The notes under the pieces: generated by a model
What the model saw: the letters and a program-made list of their open reading frames with translations, nothing else
Databases searched by the model: none
What the model was told of the DNA's origin: nothing
Made by a program: the position numbers and the translations under genes
Source of the DNA: Eledone cirrhosa
Lineage: Eukaryota
Direction: 5' to 3'
Assembly (NCBI GenBank): GCA_964016885.1
Contig: OZ024744.1
Coordinates: 61,132,001 to 61,196,000, forward strand
Length of the DNA: 64,000 bases
In this document: piece by piece, positions 39,083 through 53,910 of the stretch
Layout of the letters: each line of letters opens with the position of its first letter
How positions within the stretch are numbered: position 1 is the stretch's first letter

Positions 39083-39377
39083 CACACACACATATATATA
39101 TATACACACATATATATATATATATACACACATATTTATATATACACACATATATATTTATTAAAATAACAGATTAAAGTTTAAGCAAAGAATCGCTGCT
39201 TTCACCCTTAACGGGATCTTCTGAAACTAACAAAGTCAATCTGTAAACGCAGAACTGGATATTTCAAAAAACGTTGCAACCGGAGGAAGACAGGAAGACG
39301 ATACTTTGGTTCGTGGTAACGTTCCCTGGCAAAGAATGGGAAAGAACGAATAATACGTCATTAATAGGAGCGGTGAA

Positions 39378-40233
39378 AGGAGTACATCAAGGTTCGGTCC
39401 TCAGCCCGCTCTTGTTCATTATAGTCCTCCAAGCCATAACAGAGGAGCTTAAGACTGGCTGTCCATGGGAACTTCTCTATGCTGACGATCTGGTTCTTAT
39501 AGCAGAATCAGTAGAGGAGCTAGAGAATAAATTCTGGCTATGGAAACAGCAGTTGGAAGCAAGAGGACTGAGAGTGAACCTAGATAAGACAAAAGTGTTG
39601 ATGAGTAGAAAAGAGGACAAAACTCTGATTCCGTCAGGGAAATGGCCATGTTTGATATGCAGAAAAGGAACTGGCATAAATTCTATAAAATGCACACAAT
39701 GCAGATCCTGGGTACACAAGAGATGTAGCGGGATAGCAGGCAAACTAACAGGTAGTGAGAAATATGTATGCAGTAGATGTACAGGGAAATTAGACAGTAG
39801 AAGTCGCACTGATACACATTTTTCAAATGCGAGAGGGCGCTATAGAAGTGGTGGATAGCTTCCGGTACCTAGGAGATCAGATTAGCATGGGAGGAGGGTG
39901 TTCCAAGGCCATAGTATCTAGAATAAGGACGGGCTGGAAGAAGTTTAGGGAGCTGCTTCCTCTGTTGACGAAGAAGGGTTCTCCCTGCGTACGAAAGGCC
40001 GGTTGTATGATGCCTGTGTGAGGAGCGCGATGCTGCATGGTAGTGAGACATGGGCAGCAACTGCAGAGGATATGTGACAACTGGAGTGAAATGAGGCAAG
40101 CATGCTCCGTTGGATGTGCAGTGTAAATGTGCATGAACGACCCAGCATAAATGTGTTGAGAGAGAAACTGTGTCTGAGAGGGATAGAATGTAGTGTACGG
40201 GAGAGGAGACTGAGGTGGTATGGACATGTGATG
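39378..40233 (+). mobile_element. RTE family B internal fragment (RT domain 4 to C-terminal region)
   Basis: Near-identical to 51630-52486; frameshifts and stops. Confidence 0.9.
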
Positions 40234-43200
40234 CCCGGCACTATAAAAGACACATTCTATGAGACACTGATGCTCACTACCTCCCAAATAACCGACAGTG
40301 ACTATATAATTATTGCAGGCGACCTAAATGGTCACGTTGGACAACATTGTGATGGCTACGACGAAATCCATGGAGGCTATGGGTTTGGTACTAGAAATGA
40401 GGAAGGCTCCAGAATCCTGGAATTCTGTGACGCAAATAACCTAACTATCTGTAACACTAACTTCCAAAAACGTGACAATCACCTGATCACCTATAGATCC
40501 GGGGAACACACAAGCCAGATAGATTATATCCTTACCAGAAGATGTGACAGAGTGTCTGTTGTAAACACTAAATCCCTCCCCCATGAAGAATGCACCTCCC
40601 AACATAGACTGATAATTAGCGACCTAATAGTCAGGACGAGACGTACTAGACAACAGAAAAAGACTATCCTCAGGAGAAAAATATGGAAGCTAAAGGACCC
40701 CACAGCCAGAAATAAATTTAAAAGCAAACTACTTGATGCTTTCGACAGTAAGGAAGAGCAATTAGAGTCGTACAATATAGAGGAACAGTGTGAGTTCCTG
40801 AAAGCAAACCTGCTGATGGCGGCAGACGAAGTCTGTGGCTGGAGCAGGCCTGTATGCAGGAGGAGAGTAACATGGTGGTGGAACAGTAAGGTGGAACGGT
40901 CAATTAAGGCCAAAAAGCAGGCTTGGAAAGTATGGCGGGATGAGGGAAGTAGAGAAGACTATCAAGTGGCCAGGAGGGAAGCTAGGAGACAAGTGTACTT
41001 CACAAGAAGGGAAGCAGAGGAAAGAAAGTTCAAGCATGTTCTACAACGCGAGGACCAAAAACGTGAGGTGTTCAGGATTGCTAGGCAATGTGTCAAGGAA
41101 AACCGTGATATTGTTGGGGAGAAGTGTGTACTTAATGATGACGGCGTACTTGCCATCACCGACGCTGATAAGAAGGTAGCTTGGAAGTGTCACTATGAAA
41201 GGCTACTAAATGAGGAGAATAAATGGGAGAAAGACAGTCTCCGCCACATCGACCCAATAGAGGGACCAGCAGTGTTAGTCGAGGGTAGTATAATAAGTAA
41301 GGCAATCAAAGATATGAAGACGGGTAAGGCGGCTGGGCCTTCGGAAATAGTTGCCAAGATGCTGAAGGCATCTGTCACGGTGGGACACACCATGGTCACC
41401 CGGATAGTTAACCAAGTCGTACAGAATGGGGTTGTTCTGAAGGACTGGCGTAGCAGCATCATCGTTAACTGTTATAAGAGTAAAGGAGATGCCCTAGATA
41501 GGAGTAACTATAGAGGCATTAAATTAATCGACCAGGTCATGAATTCACGGAAAAAGTAATAGCGCAACTAATCAGAGAGAGAATTGATCTAGATGAAATG
41601 CAGTTTGGGTTTGTGTCAGGCAAAAGTACCAGACGCTCTTTTCATTGTACGACAACTACAGGAGAAGTACCTAGCTAAAAATAAACCCCTATACTTAGCT
41701 TTTGTCGACTTGGAGAAAGCCTTCGACAGAGTCCTCCGTTCTATTATCTGGTGGGCTCTTAGAAAACTAGGTGTCGACGAATGGCTTGTGAGAGCTATAC
41801 AAGCCATGTATAAAGAAACAGTCAGCAAGGTTAGAATTAACAACAAATATAGTGAAGAGTTTAGCGTAAAAGTTGGCGTCCATCAGGGCTCTATTCTCAG
41901 CCCCCTACTATTTATTATTGCCCTTCAGGCTATAACAGAGGAGTTCAAGACCGGCTGCCCATGGGAACTCCTATATGCAGATGATCTAACGCTCATAGCT
42001 GAATCAATGGCCGAGCTAGAGAAGAAATTCCAAACATGGAAGCACGGCCTAAAATCAAAAGGCCTTAAAATTAACCTGGCTAAGACTAAAGTTCTAGTTT
42101 GTAAGAAAGAAAATAAGGCGGCGGTCCCTTCCGGGAAGTGGCCATGCTCAGTGTGTAGGAAAGGCGTAGGTAGAAACTCCATTGTGTGTCCCAAATGCAA
42201 AGTATGGGTGCATAAAAGATGTAGTGGGATCACAGGTAAGCTAACTAAGAACATAGATTTTGCATGTGTCCGGTGCTCTGGTGCAATAAGTAGCAGCAAG
42301 TGCCCACAGAATACTAGCTCTTTCAACTGCGCAGAGGGTTCTATAGAAATAGTGGACAGCTTCCGTTACCTGGGTGACAAAATCAGCAGTGGGGGAGGGT
42401 GCTCTGAAAGTACAGTAGCTAGAGTCAGAACTGGATGGGAAAAGTTCAGAGAGCTTATACCACTATTAGCCGCTAAAGGGTTCTCCCTAAAAATGAAAGG
42501 CAGGTTGTACGATGCCTGCATACGAACAGCAATGTTGCATGGCAGTGAGACCTGGGCATTGAGTGCAGAGGATATACGCAGACTAGAGAGGAACGAAGCT
42601 TGCATGCTCCGCTGGATGTGTAATAGTAATATACGTGAACGGCAAAGCATAAACGAACTAAGGAAAAAATTAGAAATAAGAGGGATTAGATGTTGTTTAC
42701 TCGAGAGAAGGCGACGTTGGTATGGACACGTGATGCGCATGAAAGTCGATAGCTGTATAACAAAGTGCAGGGCAATAAAGATAGATGGTAGCCACGGAGT
42801 AGGCAGACCCCAAAAAACCTGGGACAAGCTGATAAATTCCGACCTCACACACTTACACCTTTGGCGGTACTCAGTAATAGAGAAGACCCGCCTTACCTAA
42901 ATACAAAGTAAAACCTACTACAGCCAGTAGGCATCTCTAACAAAATACACCCCTGTCCCACTACCCCCACCCCATCCACACCACCCCTTTCAATGTAAAG
43001 TTATGTTGGTACCACAACATCCAGGCCGAAACAAATGAGGTCGTGTAGGTGTCACGACAAAAAAAACACACAGTCCACGCTGTAATGGGGCCGTGTAGGT
43101 AACACGGTAAAAACCTCCCAGTTCCACACTGTAAATGTGGTTGGTGTTAGGAAGGGCATCCAGCCGTAGAAAACCCGCCAGACAGTCCTATGCGAGCAAG

Positions 43201-43296
43201 ACAACCACTCTTGCCTCAAGTGGGAAAACTCCCGTCCAAACCCATGCAAGCGTGGAATATGGACGTTAAGCGATGATGATGATGATGATGATGATG

Positions 43297-43300
<4 letters not shown>
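40231..43300 (+). mobile_element. RTE family C LINE lacking its 5' end (partial APE, RT, PHD-like finger, 3' UTR)
   Basis: GDLNGHVG, QIDYIL, SQHR; RT ORF 41593-42900 with YADD; near-identical to 55365-57350. Confidence 0.92.
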
Positions 43301-43335
<35 letters not shown>

Positions 43336-43471
43336 CATAGATATATACATATATATATATATATATACATAGATATATACATATATATACATATACATCA
43401 TCATCATCATCATCATCACCGTTTTACGTCCGTTCTTCCACGCTAGCATGGGTATATATATATATACATAG

Positions 43472-43524
<53 letters not shown>

Positions 43525-43748
43525 AACAATTAAGTTAAAAATGTACATCCACATATGTATACTGAAATACTAGTATGCATATGAATACACACACGTGTAC
43601 ATATGTAGATGTACCGAGTTTTTCACTGGTCACTTTACTGTGAGTGTCCAGCTATTCTGTATGTAAACACACAGACAAACCGGTTTTTAGAGTCATACTG
43701 GTTTTTGAGGAAACACCTTTCCTCTATTCTCCAGAAAGCCAGACAAGG

Positions 43749-43793
43749 AATATTGGACTAGTTTCGATGTTGTTACATCTCATCAGCAATATT
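43749..43793 (-). ncRNA. Minimal type I hammerhead ribozyme
   Basis: AAUAUUG-CUGAUGA-GAUGU(AACA)ACAUC-GAAA-CUAG-UC-CAAUAUU: complete core, GUC cleavage triplet, palindromic stem III. Confidence 0.85.
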
Positions 43794-44214
43794 TACCTAT
43801 CTTCCAGCCTTTCTAGAGAATCGTAAAAGCACATATCGTTATATGCTTTTTCTATGAAAATTAGTAGTGGGCAGACTAATTTGCATAGAGCGTGAGTACG
43901 TACCGGTTCAACGGAGACGATAAAAATAAATAACGAAACGAAATTAAATTTCGTTTCGTTTGTAACTCACTTTTGTATGACTGACGCTTAAACAATTAAG
44001 TTAAAAATGTACATCCACATATGTATACTGAAATACTAGTATGCATATGAATACACACACGTGTACATATGTAGATGTACCGAGTTTTTCACTGGTCACT
44101 TTACTGTGAGTGTCCAGCTATTCTGTATGTAAACACACAGACAAACCGGTTTTTAGAGTCATACTGGTTTTTGAGGAAACACCTTTCCTCTATTCTCCAG
44201 AAAGCCAGACAAGG

Positions 44215-44259
44215 AATATTGGACTAGTTTCGATGTTGTTACATCTCATCAGCAATATT
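44215..44259 (-). ncRNA. Minimal type I hammerhead ribozyme (second tandem copy)
   Basis: Identical to 43749-43793, 466 nt away. Confidence 0.85.
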
Positions 44260-44498
44260 TACCTATCTTCCGGCCTTTCTAGAGAATCGTAAAAGCACAT
44301 ATCGTTATATGCTTTTTCTATGAAAATTAGTAGTGGGCAGACTAATTTGCATAGAGCGTGAGTACGTACCGGTTCAACGGAGACGATAAAAACAAATAAC
44401 GAAACGAAATTAAATTTCGTATGTGGATGTACATTTTTAACTTAATTGTTTAAGCGTCAGTCATACAAAAGTGAGTTACAAACGAAACGAAATTTAAT

Positions 44499-44711
44499 AG
44501 TCTGCGTATATCCTCTGCACACAATGCCCAGGTCTCACTGCCATGCAGCATTACTGTTCGTATGCAGGCATCGTATAACCTGCCTTTCATTTTTAGGGAG
44601 AACCCTCTAGCGGCTAATAGTGGTATAAGCTCTCTGAACTTTTTCTATCCAGTTCTGACTCTAGCTACTGTACTTTCAGAGCACCCTCCCCCACTGCTGA
44701 TTTTGTCACCC
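44499..44711 (-). mobile_element. Inverted internal fragment of RTE family C
   Basis: Reverse complement of ~42372-42585. Confidence 0.85.
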
Positions 44712-44754
<43 letters not shown>

Positions 44755-44756
<2 letters not shown>

Positions 44757-45098
44757 CAGGGTACCCGACCTCCCATGGGTACATGCTGAAGCATATAAAC
44801 AATATGCCCCCCCCCCCCCTCCACCGCAAGGTGGCCGTGGAGGTGCCACGGCAAAAAAGCACCCAGCCCACACTGTAAAGTGGACGTGTAGGCGCCACGA
44901 AAAAGCACCCAGCACTCACTGTAAATGAGGTTGGTGTTAGGAAGGGCATCCAGCTGTAGAAATCAAGCCAGATCAGTTCCTGTATGAGCAAGGCATGGTC
45001 AGCCGACCAGACACTGCCCACAACAGGACAACCCGTCTAACCCATGCTAGCGTGGAAGAACGGACGTAAAACGGTGATGATGATGATGATGATGATGA
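44755..45098 (+). mobile_element. RTE family A 3' UTR/tail fragment
   Basis: Near-identical to 38069-38380. Confidence 0.85.
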
Positions 45099-45121
45099 TA
45101 TATACATATATATATATATAC

Positions 45122-46532
45122 ATATTGTTATACTTGGGGAGGGTCATATTTGTGTAATATTGCCAGAATCAATAACAGAACACACTCACTGTTTGGTTGG
45201 TTTTCGCTTTTCGCTTCTGTGTCTTTTATATCGGTAATCTAATTTATTTGGTCCTCAATGTTGCCATTGACTGACCGGCGGTCAAAAATAATACAGATAC
45301 AATATAGACACAAACGCATATATATAGTTTATCAGAGTTCTTTCGTTGCACATCTGCAACATCGTCAGTGGTGCTATTGTTTCCTCCCGTTACATTGTAT
45401 GTCTACGCCATTTTTATTTAGTCTGTCTATATATTTATTTATTTATTTGTTTGTTTGTTCTTTTTATTTTGTCTTATTTGCGCATGCGTTTGCGTGTGTG
45501 TATAGTGTTTTGTTTGATGTGTGTTCGTGATTGGGTGACTAGTGTATCGGTTAATGTATTCTATCTTTACTAGTGTGTATTTATATGTGTTTGTTGTTAT
45601 TGTGTTTGTGTATGTATTTATTTATTTATTTATTTATTTACTATTTCTCTTAGGTCAATGTTGTTTGTTTGGGTGTCGTTGTTATTCCATTCATTCTTTC
45701 TGTTTAGTCTTGGCCTTCTAAGTTCTATTTCACTGGCCTCTCTGATTTGCCTATCTGCTGGGTCATTTCTATGTTTAGATATTATTCTAATTTCTATGTT
45801 GTCTATGTTACCGTCGTGTTGTTGTCTGGCATGTTCGTATAGTACTGACCCGTTTTTTTGTCTTTTTAGTTCCCCCTAGTGTTGGTCTATCCTTTCACCT
45901 ATGTATGTTGTTGTCATGTTTCTGCAAGTACCCTCTGTACATCTTATGCTATAGACTACGTTTCTAGTTTTACAGTTTATCTGGGGGTTTACCTTACATA
46001 TGATACATTTCCTATTAGTACAGTGGGTTTTCTTAAAAGGGTAGGTTTTGCTGATCAGGGATTTTATGGTGGTTCCTGGCTTTTCTACCACCTTAATCTT
46101 TAAGTGGGTCTTTCTCAGGGCCTTTCTACACTGGTTAGCTAATTTCCCTCCAGGGTAGCGTCCACAAACATGACACTCTGGTATCTCTGGTTGTCGTACC
46201 ATGAGGTGGCTTTCCCTATCTTATGTCTAGTCCTATCTAAGCTATTCCATGATTTTCTCCTGTATAATGGGCAAATTCCTTTTATGTCCAGTTCTATGAG
46301 GGTCTTATACTTCTCCATGGCTCCTTCGTATACGCCGGTCAGTCAATGGCAACATTGAGGACCGAATAAATTAGATTACCGATATAAAAGACACAGAAGC
46401 GAAAAGCGAAAACCAACCAAACAGTGAGTGTGTTCTGTTATTAATTCTGGCAATACTACACAAATATGACCCTCCCCAAGTATAACAATATTTGTTTCGA
46501 CACACGATTTCATATCAAAAACCTCGCAAAAC
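45122..46532 (-). mobile_element. Penelope-like element fragment: Cys-rich linker + GIY-YIG endonuclease, with inverted ~159-bp pseudo-LTR arms
   Basis: CTNRKCIIC..CKTRNVVYSIRC..YIGE..H..EH..RQIREASEI..LNRKNEW (~46330-45640, one stop, one frameshift); arms 45122-45280 and 46333-46491. Confidence 0.85.
45331..45372 (-). ncRNA. Minimal hammerhead ribozyme motif in the PLE 3' region (extra-nucleotide variant)
   Basis: ACCA-CUGACGA-U-GUUGCA(GAUG)UGCAAC-GAAA-GAAC-UC-UGAU; weak stem I. Confidence 0.6.
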
Positions 46533-48980
<2,448 letters not shown>

Positions 48981-49051
48981 ATTGGAAATCAGTAAAATCG
49001 AATCTCTGCAAGTGAATTTGGCCTACTTATAAGAAATGATGATATATATAT

Positions 49052-49252
49052 AGTTTATGTAATAAACAACATAAAGCAATTATTTCATTTACCAGTGGGT
49101 TCTTAAAAGCAAACAAATTTTGCTTTCAATCATCAGAATGAAAGAATCCTGGCGTATTTATTGACGTTGGATTTTAAATCCAAAATTTGTTTGCTTTTAA
49201 GAAACCACTGGTAAATGAAATAATTGCCTGATGTTGTTTATTACATAACTAT
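49052..49252. repeat. Inverted repeat (~65-bp arms) island between microsatellites
   Basis: GCAATTATTTCATTTACCAGTGG.TTCTTAAAAGCAAACAAATTTTG and its reverse complement. Confidence 0.8.
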
Positions 49253-49316
49253 TAAGCTCTGTTACCTACATAGAGCACTCTTTTTTCCTGAACTTTTCCG
49301 ACGGAATTACTTCATT

Positions 49317-49403
49317 TATATATATATATATACATATATATATGCGCTTATATACATATATATATATATATATACATATGTATATATATACATATATATA
49401 TAC

Positions 49404-49480
<77 letters not shown>

Positions 49481-49511
49481 TATATACATATATATATACA
49501 TATATATATAC

Positions 49512-49608
<97 letters not shown>

Positions 49609-49613
49609 CATAC

Positions 49614-49696
<83 letters not shown>

Positions 49697-49939
49697 CATA
49701 TATATACATATACATATATATATACATATACATATATATATACATATATATATATATACATACATATATATATACATATACATATATATATACATATATA
49801 TATATATACATACATATATATATACATATACATATATATATACATATATATATATATACATACATATATATATACATATATATACATATATATATGTATA
49901 TATACATATACATATATATATACATATATACATATATAC

Positions 49940-49970
<31 letters not shown>

Positions 49971-50066
49971 CATATATACATATATACATATATATACATA
50001 TATATATACATATATATACATATATATATATACACATATATATATATACATATATATATATATACA
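49317..50066. repeat. TA/TACA microsatellite
   Basis: Direct inspection. Confidence 0.95.
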
Positions 50067-50067
50067 T

Positions 50068-50559
50068 AAACCTACTACAGTCAGTAGGCATCTCTATCAA
50101 CCCCCCCCCGTCCCACCACCTCCACCTCATCCACACCGCCCCTTTCAATGTAAAGTTATGTTAGTCCCACAACATCCAGGCCGAAACAAATGAGATCGTG
50201 TAGGTGTCACGACAAAAAAACACACAGTCCACGCTGTAAATGTGGCCGTGTAGGCAACACGGTAAAAACCTCCCAGCCCCACACTGTAAATGTGGTTGGT
50301 GTTAGGAAGGGCATCCAGCTGTAGAAAACCCGCCAGACAGTCCACGCTGTAATGTGGCCGTGTAGGCAACACGGTAAAAACCTCCCAGCCCCACACTGTA
50401 AATGTGGTTGGTGTTAGGAAGGGCATCCAACTGTAGAAAACCCGCCAGACAGTCCTATGCGAGCAAGACAACCACTCTTGCCCCAAGTGGGAAAACCCCC
50501 GTCCAAACCCATGCAAGCGTGGAACACGGACGCTAAACCTGATGATGATGATGATGATG

Positions 50560-50560
<1 letters not shown>
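50068..50560 (+). mobile_element. RTE family C 3' UTR/tail with internal ~113-bp direct duplication
   Basis: Homologous to 42911-43297; 50225-50337 repeated at 50338-50449. Confidence 0.85.
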
Positions 50561-50631
<71 letters not shown>

Positions 50632-50634
50632 CTA

Positions 50635-50790
50635 TCTATCTAAGGCGGGTAAAATTCCCGAGATCCATGGACGAGTTCTCTCCAGCGGTCTCTGTCCCTC
50701 ATTATCGCTGCCATATCCTGCATCTCCAACAGACCAGTGTCTGTCCTTAGGGCATCAACATATGTTAACCTTGGTCTTCCTCTTCTAGTG
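50635..50790 (-). mobile_element. 3' end of another RTE-like LINE
   Basis: [30 protein letters not shown]. Confidence 0.65.
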
Positions 50791-51562
<772 letters not shown>

Positions 51563-51563
51563 A

Positions 51564-52715
51564 CAGAGGTACTCTCAGTAAAGTCAGGGTAGGAATGGAG
51601 TTTAGTGAGGAATTCCAGATACAAGTAGAAGTACATCAGGGTTCGGTCCTCAGCCCGCTCTTGTTCATTATAGTCCTCCAAGCCATAACAGAGGAGTTTA
51701 AGACTGGCTGTCCATGGGAACTTCTCTATGCTGACGATCTGGTTCTTATAGCAGAATCAGTAGAGGAGCTAGAGAATAAATTCTGGCTATGGAAACAGCA
51801 GTTGGAAGCAAGAGGACTGAGAGTGAATCTAGCTATGACAAAAATGTTGATGAGTAGAAAAGAGGAAAAAACTCTGATTCCGTCAGGGAAATGGCCATGT
51901 TCGATATGCAGAAAAGGAACTGGCATAAATTCTATAAAATGCACACAATGCAGATCCTGGGTACACAAGAGATGTAGCGGGATAGCAGGCAAACTAACAG
52001 GTAGGGAGAAATATGTATGCAGTAGATGTACAGGGAAATTAGACAGTAGAAGTCGCACTGATAGACACATTTTTCAAATGCAAGAGGGCGCTATAGAAGT
52101 GGTGGATAGCTTCCGGTACCTAGGAGATCAGATTAGCATGGGAGGAGGGTGTTCCAAGGCCATAGTATCTAGAATAAGGACGGGTTGGAAGAAGTTTAGG
52201 GAGCTGCTTCCTCTGTTGACGAAGAAGGGTTTCTCCCTGCGTACGAAAGGCCGGTTGTATGATGCCTGTGTGAGGAGCGCGATGCTGCATGGTAGTGAGA
52301 CATGGGCAGCAACTGCAGAGGATATGCGACGACTGGAGAGAAATGAGGCAAGCATGCTCCGTTGGATGTGCAGTGTAAATGTGCATGAACGACGCAGCAT
52401 AAATGTGTTGAGAGAGAAACTGTGTCTGAGAGGGATAGAATGTAGTGTACGGGAGAGGAGACTGAGGTGGTATGGACATGTGATGCACATGGAGGATGAC
52501 CGATGGGTGAAGAAGTGCCAGGAATTGCCAGTTGAAGGAAGACGTGGTAGAGGTAGACCACGAAAAACATGGGCGGAGGTGGTGAGAACAGACCTCAGAT
52601 CATTGAAGCTCACGGTGGAGATGACAAGTGACCGTGACGAGTGGAGAGATGCTCTGCTGAATAAGACCCGTCCCACCCTTGCAAGCAGGGAAAAGCGGAC
52701 GTAAAATTATGATGA
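51564..52715 (+). mobile_element. 5'-truncated RTE family B LINE with open 369-aa RT/PHD/C-terminal ORF (51595-52704)
   Basis: [13 protein letters not shown]4HC3 finger, LRWYGHV, GRPRKTW. Confidence 0.9.
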
Positions 52716-53031
52716 TACATATATATATACATATATAAATATATATACATATACATATATATATATATATACATATATAAATATATATACATATACATAT
52801 ATAAATATATATACATATACATATATAAATATATATACATATACATATATAAATATATACACATATACATATATAAATATATACACATATACATATATAA
52901 ATATATACACATATACATATATAAATATATATACATATACATATATAAATATATATATATATAAATATATATACGAGCAAAGTATAAACGTAAACATGTA
53001 AGTATGTTTTTGAAACGGTGCGCGAGTTTGA

Positions 53032-53350
53032 AATTAGAAACGATAAGCTTTCACCGTATTTTAGACTAAAGAAATTTCTAGCCTGATAGTGGGGTTTATA
53101 ACCCTCGGAGAAATGGAAAAAGATGAGTGTTGCCGTACATGGGAGTCGAACCCACATCTTTGGTTATCCAGACCACTGTGCTACCATTACACCAATACAC
53201 ATCCCATCTCCTTCCATTCGAACAGTGGTCTGGATAACCAAAGATGTGGGTTCGACTCATCTTTTTCCATTTCTCCGAGGGTTATAAACCCCACTATCAG
53301 GCTAGAAATTACTTTAGTCTAAAATACGGTGAAAGCTTATAATTTCTAAT
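53032..53350. repeat. Nested foldback containing a tRNA-like (pol III) head
   Basis: Outer arms ~53032-53128/53254-53350; inner arms 53143-53179/53222-53258; minus strand TGGTGTAATGGTAG..GGTTCGACTCC. Confidence 0.8.
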
Positions 53351-53572
53351 TATAAATATATATACATATATACATATATACATATATATAAATACAAATA
53401 TATTACACAGAGAGAAGTGTGTTACACAGTGAGATGTGTGTAAAGAATTATTACATGTGGGTTTAACCGTTACTGTATGGAAAACAACACCTACAGGTTA
53501 GCAATTAAATAGAAAGAACACTAAGTCAGAATCAAATCTCCGAAGTAGAGTTTTAAATTACCAACCTTATAA

Positions 53573-53910
53573 GAGGCACATGGCTTAGTGGTTAGAGCAT
53601 TGGCCTTGGCCTTGCAATCGAAAGGTTGTGAGTTCAATTCTCAGACCGGGTGATGTGTTGTTTCCTTGAGCAAGACACTTTATTTCACATTGCTCCAGTT
53701 TACTCAGCTGTAGAAATGAGATGATAGGGACTGGGGTCCATATCATTCCACTGTAAAGTAGTCGTGGAGGTGCCACGGCAAAAAGCACCCAGCACTCACT
53801 GTAAATGAGGTTGGTGTTAGGAAGGGCATCCAACTGTAGAAATCAAGCCAGAATCAGTTCCCGTCCCACCCTTGCAAGCAGGGAAAAAGCGGACGTAAAA
53901 TGAAATGAAA
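53573..53910 (+). mobile_element. Composite CORE-type SINE with RTE-derived tail
   Basis: A box TGGCTTAGTGG, B box GAGTTCAATTC, core, RTE-A 3'-UTR segment, RTE-B terminal segment. Confidence 0.85.

Larger units (their letters stand above)
43523..44498 (-). mobile_element. 466-bp hammerhead-containing tandem repeat (~1.9 units) plus inverted partial copy; retrozyme/Penelope pLTR-like
   Basis: Unit starts at 43523 and 43989; 44421-44498 is the reverse complement of ~43943-44020; abuts (TA)n. Confidence 0.8.

Noticed and set aside
40102-41559. Novel 485-aa protein with RT C-terminus fused to an endonuclease
   Set aside because: Product of a rearrangement junction between two LINE copies, with an incomplete APE; reported as a structural finding instead.
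53130-53200. Genuine tRNA gene
   Set aside because: A/B boxes are present but I cannot form a convincing cloverleaf; treated as tRNA-derived, like the SINE heads.
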